From Octopus bimaculoides (Eukaryota): 55,477 nucleotides of DNA. The notes beneath the pieces were generated by a model. That model searched no databases. It saw nothing but the letters and a program-made list of their open reading frames with translations, and was not told where the DNA came from. Made by a program: the position numbers and the translations under genes. The stretch is from positions 40,814,950 through 40,870,426 of the forward strand of contig NC_069000.1 in assembly GCF_001194135.2 (NCBI RefSeq), read 5' to 3'. Below are positions 50,101 to 55,477 of this stretch, piece by piece (position 1 is the stretch's first letter; each line of letters starts with the position of its first letter).

Positions 50101-53100
50101 CTGTCCATAGAGTTAAGATTATCAGAACATTTACTTTTATCATCATGTTGGTCAGATAAACTAGATAAAAGTTGCCAATTCTCAAACAGTTTGGTATTAT
50201 CTGACTTATTCTGTAGAGGACTAGTTGCTTCTCCAGTTGTTTTACTCCCAGTAGAGTTTGAATCCAACTGACCGGTAATTACTAAATCATTATTCACTTG
50301 CTTGTCTACAATGTCAGCAATACAGGATTCTGACAATATCATTGCACAGTTCTTTGAGTGTTCATAAAAAGTACCAGAATTTTCAAATGTTTTGGAGCAT
50401 TTTGAACAAGTCAGTGATTTCTCGGCAACAGATAATGTTACATTGACATTGCACTGTTCTTGAGGACTTGAAACTTTTTCAAAATCAATTGAACAATTAC
50501 TTATAGTATTATCATCCATATGGTATTGATCTTTTAACTGGCTTGCATTAGAGCTATTGCTGTAAATTGCTGGTGCATCACTGATTGTCATGTCAGTGCA
50601 ACCTTTACTGTCTGGCTTGGATTTTGCAGTTGTGGAATAAAAGCTGGAAGAAAATGGTGGGGTTTCTGGTGAATAAGTATGGAAATGGCTATCTTCGAAA
50701 TTTGGAGGTTCATCTGTATTGCTGTTTACAGAAGAGTCAGCAATCTGAGAAATATCAGTTGTAATCATGTCTCTAAAGTCACTTCCTAAGGTCAAAGTGA
50801 CATTAGGTTCAGGAATTTCAGGTGACATACTAGAATCATTGGATTGCAAACTTTGGAAATGATTTGCATCTCTTAGTTGGTTAGTCAGTTCAACAACAGC
50901 TGTTGGTTTTGTTACATTAGAATTAGATGCAATCATGGAATTTTCTTGACAGCTGATACCTTCTTCAATCTGATCAATTTTTAGCTCACCAGAACATTCT
51001 TGGAGATTATTGTGCACAACTTGCAGAGCACTCCCAAGTATCATATTTTCCTGTTCTTCAGAGTATGAACTGTTCAAAGTACCATCAAATTTTGCCTGGT
51101 CAAGATTATTTAAGGTATGAGTCCCATGGAGAAGCTTGTAAGCATTTAAAACTGCTTCATTTTCTGCTGAATTTGATTGTGTAGAACAACTAAGTCTGGC
51201 TGAGTTGACTGACAGACTGGAACTGGAAGAACAATTAGAGGTATTGTGATTAGCAACTAAAACATTGCTAAAATATTCCAAGCTATTTTTTTCTTGCTTG
51301 ATATCATTACCACTCAACTGCTTGGTACTTTTATATTTCCTGATATAATTCTTTCTCATGTGTCTTGAGAGCAACTGAGAATCAGGAAAGTTTTCCAGCA
51401 TCAATGGAGAATTGTACAGGATGTCATCATTTAGTTCACTATCTTGCAAGGAGATTGTATCTTTGCCTTTTCTGTGGCACTCAACATGATTCCGCAGCTC
51501 TTTGCTACTACTGAAGACTTGGCCACAGCAGGTAAAAGTGAAGTTGTCAGGATCAATACTGTCCTCTCTGATTTTACTGTCCAAGTTAATTACTTCAGAG
51601 CGCTCCATTGCACTAACAGCATTCCCAGTAGTTTTAATGGAGGCATTTAACTCCGGGTATCTGACTCGTAGGCAAGTTTTGGTGTGTCTGTTTCGAGCAC
51701 TAGATTGTGAAAAGGCACGACCACAACTCTCACACTGGAATGGCTTCTCTCCTGTGTGTATTCGGATGTGTGTTTCCAGATGAGATTGTTTGAAGAATTC
51801 CTTTGGGCAATAACTGCAAGGGAAACTTTTGCGCTGAATGTCAAATTCATTTACAGTCTCCACAGCAACACGAGAATTAGAACTAACAAGATCTCTTTGC
51901 TCTAAAACGTTGACGTCTTCATTATGAATGGATTTGTTGGTGTTGGAGTCTATTTGAGAATGGGAGTTTTTTTTAGACTCACTGGAATGTGAAGCTTTGT
52001 GAATCTGATACACAATGGAGGAATGGAAAGGCTTGGAACAAATATCACAAACTAAATTAGTTGACGAATTGGATTTGGTTTCAACACTACTGCGTGTGTT
52101 AAAAACATTTCCTTTGTTTACCATTGCAACAGTAGGTTTTCCTTTGGTGTCAAGAGATTCTGATATCTTGCTAGTTTTATCAGGTAACAGAGAAATATTT
52201 GATCTGCAGGTGTTAGAGTTGGTCAATGGATGCTCAGTTTGAAACTGAGAGTTATTGGTTGAATGTGAAGAGTTCTTTTTCATTATCAGCGAATTAACTT
52301 TGTTTAAGAACTCTCTATGATTTGAAGACTTACTAGGGGATTTTTTAGTTGAAGTTTTAGATCTTGTAATGTGTTTGTTTCTTGCTGAAAAAGATCGCAT
52401 TAAATTAGTGGTTGATGAATTTCGACTCTGCAACTGAGAAATCTTTGATAAATTATTAACCCGATGGTGTTTCTTTATATGGACTTTAAGATGAGGATAT
52501 GATACAAACTCAACTAAACAAATGCTACACTGATAGGTTCTATCATTTTTTGTATTAAAACTTTTTTCCCTATGTTTTACTTGTCTAGACTCAGGCATGG
52601 GAGCTTTGAAACTTTGCGTCTTACTTTTAATCATGGAAGTTGAAGCACTTTTTAGTTTGGTGGATGGCGTTTTTACAAAGCTGTTCTTGGCTGAATCAGT
52701 GTGATCATTAACTATATCAAAGTCATCATTCACAACATCTTCATTAGGCTTTAATTGACTTTTATGTGCTGCTGGACACACTTTTAAGTGGCTGTCATAT
52801 TTAGACACTTGTTGAAAATTATCACCACAGAATTGACATGTGAAAGAAATGTCACTGCCAAGGGTTAAGTCAGAGGTAAGGTGATATTGTGCAGTAGTGT
52901 CCCATTGAATATTCGAATTAATGCTTTGAGCAACACTGCATGTCTTTAGATGGCGATTAAGTGCACTTGATTGTGTAAATGCATTACCACAAAAATCACA
53001 TTTAAATGGTCTTTCTCCTGTATGTGTACGTAAATGCTGGGTCAAACGGCTAGTACGTGTAAATTGGCGTGAGCAGAACTGGCAAGTTAAGTGTTGGTGA

Positions 53101-54473
53101 ATTTTGGTTTTCACAGAGTCTTTTAATTCAGAAGATTTTAACTTGGAATTTATATTTTTTTGAACTTTGTTAGCATTTTCTGCAATTTTTTCATTGTCAC
53201 TTTGATGAGATAACTGGTTGAAATGTTTACTACTTGTCAAATCATTATTTGGCAGAATTTGAGTTGAGAAAGAATTAGATGAGTCCTTCCAAGATTTGTC
53301 CCCATTACAAGCAAGCAACTGATCTGAAGACAGAGAATCTTGTGAAGTAAAAATAGCAATGGATGTATCGTTAGAGCAGTCTTTTGGTAATGTTTTTTTG
53401 CTAATTGCATCGGTTTTCTCCCGCAACAGTCTGAGATTTTCAGCCAAACTATCAATGTCTGATAACTGAGATTGGTCAATTTTTAACTGCTTATTAGAAC
53501 TGTTACCAGGTGACATATTATTTTTATCCCAGACATACGTGCTATCTTGAGATTGGTCAGTTAGTTCAATTGTTATTGGATCAAATATGGGATCATGTTG
53601 GTTATTTGCTTGAGAAAAGCATAAGTTGTTCTTTGGAGATTCCATATGATTATCAGTTAGATTGATGGTGATCTTGTTTTGGTCAAGACTATCTTTTGTC
53701 ACCTCTGGCTGATTATCATGAACAATTATTTGATACTGTGACTCAGAACTTGACAAGATATTCAAATTTTCTTTGGTTGACGACTGCTTTTTACCATTTA
53801 TAGACGTGTTTGTCTTATTGTGGAACTGGCTTTGTTTCTTTCCTATTTTATCTATAGTAGTAACGTCTTTCATCATATCATTGACATGGCTGTTGTTGTT
53901 TGGTAACAGGCTCAATAATTCAGAGTGAGACGGGTCACTGTGACCAGCTATGTGCTTGTTGTAATCAGAAGAATCTTTAAATGTTTTATTACAACAAACA
54001 AACATTATGTCATCATGTGTTTCAATATTATCATTTGAAAGTGTTCCAAGTGATGTAAACGCACTTTCTGAAGCAGATAGCATTGCATAGTGTTTTTCTG
54101 CTGCTGCAATAGAAGTTTCTAGCATTTTCACGTTAGCTGATAACTCCAGGCTGTCTTTGTTTGGCACTTTAGTACAGATTTTCATATGGCGATAGAGAGC
54201 ACTGGATTGAGTGAAGGCTTTGTGACACTGTTGGCAAACATAAGGGCGTTCACCTGTGTGAATACGACGGTGCATCACCAAGTGGCCATTGCGAGAGAAT
54301 GACTTTGAACAATAGTTACAGGTATATTTTTTTGAAGCTGTAATGTCTGTAATTGCAGACATGCTTGGGTTTCCATTTGCAAGAAAAGGGAGTTCCTTTG
54401 TACCTGCAGTATTGTTTACAAAGTTCAATATAGGTGGCCATTCGACCGATGCATTCTGGTCTGTACTATCCAT
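44184..54473 (-). CDS. Giant multi-zinc-finger protein (~3429 aa): seven dispersed C2H2+C2HC pairs plus scattered single/atypical fingers in S/N/K-rich, likely disordered linkers; single coding exon
   Basis: 10.3-kb uninterrupted ORF. The first in-frame ATG (CACATCATGG, 54473) follows an in-frame TAA at 54627-54629, and the track's start at 54593 is TTG. Seven HTGE(R/K)P-linked finger pairs. Confidence 0.92.
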   Translation of the reverse strand: MDSTDQNASVEWPPILNFVNNTAGTKELPFLANGNPSMSAITDITASKKYTCNYCSKSFSRNGHLVMHRRIHTGERPYVCQQCHKAFTQSSALYRHMKICTKVPNKDSLELSANVKMLETSIAAAEKHYAMLSASESAFTSLGTLSNDNIETHDDIMFVCCNKTFKDSSDYNKHIAGHSDPSHSELLSLLPNNNSHVNDMMKDVTTIDKIGKKQSQFHNKTNTSINGKKQSSTKENLNILSSSESQYQIIVHDNQPEVTKDSLDQNKITINLTDNHMESPKNNLCFSQANNQHDPIFDPITIELTDQSQDSTYVWDKNNMSPGNSSNKQLKIDQSQLSDIDSLAENLRLLREKTDAISKKTLPKDCSNDTSIAIFTSQDSLSSDQLLACNGDKSWKDSSNSFSTQILPNNDLTSSKHFNQLSHQSDNEKIAENANKVQKNINSKLKSSELKDSVKTKIHQHLTCQFCSRQFTRTSRLTQHLRTHTGERPFKCDFCGNAFTQSSALNRHLKTCSVAQSINSNIQWDTTAQYHLTSDLTLGSDISFTCQFCGDNFQQVSKYDSHLKVCPAAHKSQLKPNEDVVNDDFDIVNDHTDSAKNSFVKTPSTKLKSASTSMIKSKTQSFKAPMPESRQVKHREKSFNTKNDRTYQCSICLVEFVSYPHLKVHIKKHHRVNNLSKISQLQSRNSSTTNLMRSFSARNKHITRSKTSTKKSPSKSSNHREFLNKVNSLIMKKNSSHSTNNSQFQTEHPLTNSNTCRSNISLLPDKTSKISESLDTKGKPTVAMVNKGNVFNTRSSVETKSNSSTNLVCDICSKPFHSSIVYQIHKASHSSESKKNSHSQIDSNTNKSIHNEDVNVLEQRDLVSSNSRVAVETVNEFDIQRKSFPCSYCPKEFFKQSHLETHIRIHTGEKPFQCESCGRAFSQSSARNRHTKTCLRVRYPELNASIKTTGNAVSAMERSEVINLDSKIREDSIDPDNFTFTCCGQVFSSSKELRNHVECHRKGKDTISLQDSELNDDILYNSPLMLENFPDSQLLSRHMRKNYIRKYKSTKQLSGNDIKQEKNSLEYFSNVLVANHNTSNCSSSSSLSVNSARLSCSTQSNSAENEAVLNAYKLLHGTHTLNNLDQAKFDGTLNSSYSEEQENMILGSALQVVHNNLQECSGELKIDQIEEGISCQENSMIASNSNVTKPTAVVELTNQLRDANHFQSLQSNDSSMSPEIPEPNVTLTLGSDFRDMITTDISQIADSSVNSNTDEPPNFEDSHFHTYSPETPPFSSSFYSTTAKSKPDSKGCTDMTISDAPAIYSNSSNASQLKDQYHMDDNTISNCSIDFEKVSSPQEQCNVNVTLSVAEKSLTCSKCSKTFENSGTFYEHSKNCAMILSESCIADIVDKQVNNDLVITGQLDSNSTGSKTTGEATSPLQNKSDNTKLFENWQLLSSLSDQHDDKSKCSDNLNSMDSLGNTSACDMLSYSSKAENIDISDQTDGQCSTLSNNLSKQEITTNNKDSARKLSCSYCTASFTSLMLLEEHVLLHTSKKHYVCWFCKENYYSSSKFEQHLKLCGSSTTFANLSAENISNDSTKGKSSHFADIVLCTPLTVANNRSDCEGINENGCQDKVPEQSVVCDSLERTQNTSNVQPLKEESLSKARTVGKSSNNSSTFALYHNKVNLDEHLVLNNITTNKPLLDEKTGEKILNQSVSQENIKLKSGTETNSDSKDNSNDGSSQHLDQIVIDLKEVNGDLSTSDKKTNKEGTVSFNKDGMNLTNSCKMFVCCNQTFMGDDFNEHMKSFHIKDNHSTDIDSSVIHSEVQHSENMQTISNVVLSDYQRTSSKNDRKTLLHNSDNIISKPNQASSNEENLSETRRYVCQYCNRGFSRSGHLMQHLRTHTGERPYSCQYCMKAFTQTSALNRHLKTCCRIKLLMLHNIQTRAKEDEGDLIQIDSDLDKNKSSLLSEQNVAGEDYQLNRDYTQMSEVRFNSIDKIPCEEGNEGIIKCEYCSCEYLKLDDFIKHQKVCSFKINCSQVDSGSKNYTQEINLSSRNNTSQNNRNLESCASSTVYRPDIQIKTEIVDATYNCHFCDEIFSDKGDVISHLMTHSLDINQQNIANQQIFSDDQENLVNPGEDMSATLMKESNHTDSSDITSPTLVKKENTCTFTCCGQMFVGNDSFNLHLASHRSFKDWNVSEQISFDENNSEIRHQSTFLDNSSTIKREDKDDEEENFIIEVSSKDPVSNKESLLESSLYNKKSKGLNKTNSDGICHLQAMESNSPDLLFNLKNSSVASQALVSMDKSRKLEIEKQMSAMNDYVVWEDSSNNWNQWNMDSSTNISSTPLFKRFACKYCEKTFTRSGHLIMHHRTHTGERPFRCSHCQKAFTQSSALNRHRKTCSFARVALSVSGNKWPETTAALDLDKTSDQFICCGFVFDKRDEFYSHYVGHGIYICDCCDMTFSDFEQLLSHLKFKLSELETSAITPAVSPRQCLQCQTVFADLISLLIHINSNHKSTSLAKSQTSLVSNQDIVPNYNDGSITSKKSKVFQIPLSSSRTVYSAPEIQLKMSDSGSTSKTGNVKRFPLMKRGTLPNKLHPYSKSRQNKQDHSRSLQFQRRKFSNFNLDGKTSNPDTSQLGLVTKNSLNQNVRRVIKKALNNINKYRFSTDRILSPFTRKFYAQAESRRHHASTSPFSGITLPEDQHNQPFMIENPSLREHSSQPEISILNFENPSESDQCSKQYSIDKLKQFSNEITINSTNDPDSGVNSRREHKFSNLVVEQPPKITIPNNNLVPVLSKAQRFEKQTMLKKSISKQNPGEKFNAKSKYSSLQTSLKSKQGSTTTPRNSECATGKTRNKVTQLDKSSNPAVVNPTTNSSLKQNLSRFVCTHCRKGFTRSSHLKMHLRIHTGERPFKCSGCGKQFTQVSALNRHRKTCFLVIHNTSVLPEDRIVKDPEKTPQNQNSLKANATTSLFQCVPSNKQDCVGNRISETHKKPSKAETVFPNVSKQKLHRAENPDLEPEYLTNVSKKTVNLLDEETSRTVSAFTKEKEGRHKKTSSLNTSTTISNKINRKRLHTGIGSRLMKKLKLSKRGKLHSSYDLNSDLNCLSRRQAINSLLDDHHSLKERNKSFLMDTAPSVNNPTSFPQRSYKRKQLTKTPSAKPCTDSEQNNRACSREVTEMSPPKRVKEENQSNANELSEGFPRCEECKNNSKELCSHLSENLFLSQVDSETDDCYIKTEPLPSSKPNPLDSETNPLSLTISQSKASANDESVDHTNESMKNSLKGEIVQDGGYLQEEMALTNCLESTEGTHDQLGSNVAQEESKSLKSIPSAAAHCVPKKSKVVNKRGNKVVQDDTFSPQSDSSHSAESRRYFCEYCDKAFSRFGHLVTHRRTHTGERPYQCRYCQRAFTQTSALYRHRKTCSFTPAHLKTIAATESSKAAKSNEL

Positions 54474-54739
54474 GATGTGATCTAGTAAACCTAGTTCGAA
54501 ATCACAACAAAGCTTCTCTTTCTTGAGAAGTAATAGAGTAGCTGATGAAAAATATGAACCACTTACAAATCCCTGTATTAGGTACCATGGCAACAGTTGA
54601 AGAGAAATGATATAAGTGTATATCAGTTACCATGGAGATAACTCATGTACAAGGTACCAAATGTTAACAGGGTCTTCAATATATATGTCACAGAAACTTG
54701 TTTCTGTCATGAATTGGTGTGAGTTGATCTACGGAGATC

Positions 54740-54765
54740 CTGTAAGAAAGAAAAGCTTTTGTTAT
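54740..54765 (-). other. 3' splice acceptor preceding the giant ZNF exon
   Basis: Minus strand AAAGCTTTTCTTTCTTACAG|GATCTCC; exon starts at 54739. Confidence 0.7.
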
Positions 54766-54847
54766 TGCATATGAAAAGAATGATACTCAGTGAATTAGTA
54801 AACAGTAAAGAAACCAGAGTACAATATCTAACTGTATTAATTAATCA

Positions 54848-54996
54848 ATCATCATCATCATCATCGTTTAACGTCCGCTTTCCATGCTAGCATGGGTTGG
54901 ACGATTTGACTGAGGACTGGTGAAACCAGATGGCTACACCAGGCTCCAATCTGATTTGGCAGAGTTTCTAAAGCTGGATGCCCTTCCTAACGCCAA
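54848..54996 (-). mobile_element. Repeat family A
   Basis: (CAT)n-cgtttaacgtccgctttccatgctagc...gcccttcctaacgccaa. Confidence 0.85.
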
Positions 54997-55183
54997 AATG
55001 TAAATATAAAAAGTTCAAATGCTATCTTCCTCACATGGCATAATATTCATTCACCTTCAGTAGAAGAATAAGGATCTCACATCATCACAGCAGAGCAGTT
55101 TCACTGACATTATAACCCAGTGGTGTGTGTGAGTGGGTGCTGGATTACTTTGCATGCCTTCAACTCTTTTCATGATCATATTT

Positions 55184-55477
55184 CTAAGGGTTGGAAATGA
55201 GTACAGCAATGAATTCCGGGTAGAGGTAGGGGTCCACCAAGGTTCCGTCCTCAGCCCCCTATTATTTACCATAGTCCTCCAGGCAATCACAGAGGAGTTC
55301 AAGACAGGTTGCCCCTGGGAGCTCCTCTATGCTGATGACCTTGCCCTAATTGCGGAGTCACTATCAGAACTAGAGGAGAAGTTTCAGGTGTGGAAGCAAG
55401 GTCTAGAATTGAAGGGCCTTAGAGTCAACCTAGCTAAAACCAAAATCCTAATAAGTAGGAAGGTAGATAAAACACAA
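55184..55477 (+). mobile_element. 5'-truncated non-LTR retrotransposon (RTE clade) reverse transcriptase, runs off the window
   Basis: Open frame RVGNEYSNEFRVEVGVHQGSVLSPLLFTIVLQAITEEFKTGCPWELLYADDLALIAES...GLRVNLAKTK. GVHQGSVLSP and YADD (55328-55339) are typical of RTE-type RT. Confidence 0.9.

Noticed and set aside
54474-54593. N-terminal 40 aa (MPWYLIQG...) of the 3469-aa ORF
   Set aside because: The track's start codon is TTG. The first ATG in good context is at 54473, so the extension is treated as 5'UTR.

Overview
AT-rich, microsatellite-dense eukaryotic genomic DNA. It is most consistent with an octopus (coleoid cephalopod) short-read scaffold; this is inferred from repeat content and gene type, not from a database match. 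Two minus-strand C2H2 zinc-finger genes each have their whole CDS in one exon. The first is 757 aa (613-2886) with seven near-identical TSGSLxV fingers and a poly-His tail. The second is a giant ~3429-aa protein (44184-54473; the ORF track's start at 54593 is a TTG) built from seven dispersed C2H2+C2HC finger pairs plus atypical vicinal-CC fingers. The ~41 kb between them is intron/intergenic DNA. It contains several tRNA-derived SINE families, an (ATG)n-tailed RTE-like repeat, piggyBac-like MITEs, decayed Tc1/mariner elements and a CpG-retaining block (~29-36.5 kb) with promoter-like signals and strong splice donors. An RTE-clade LINE RT fragment runs off the right end. The most notable observation is a small non-coding element present twice (26960-27420, 37160-37541). 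It joins a tRNA-like Pol III promoter, an (AAT)n tract and a minimal Penelope-type hammerhead ribozyme, with a second inverted ribozyme-bearing arm directly upstream. Repeat boundaries are hand-read and approximate (about +/-10-20 nt).
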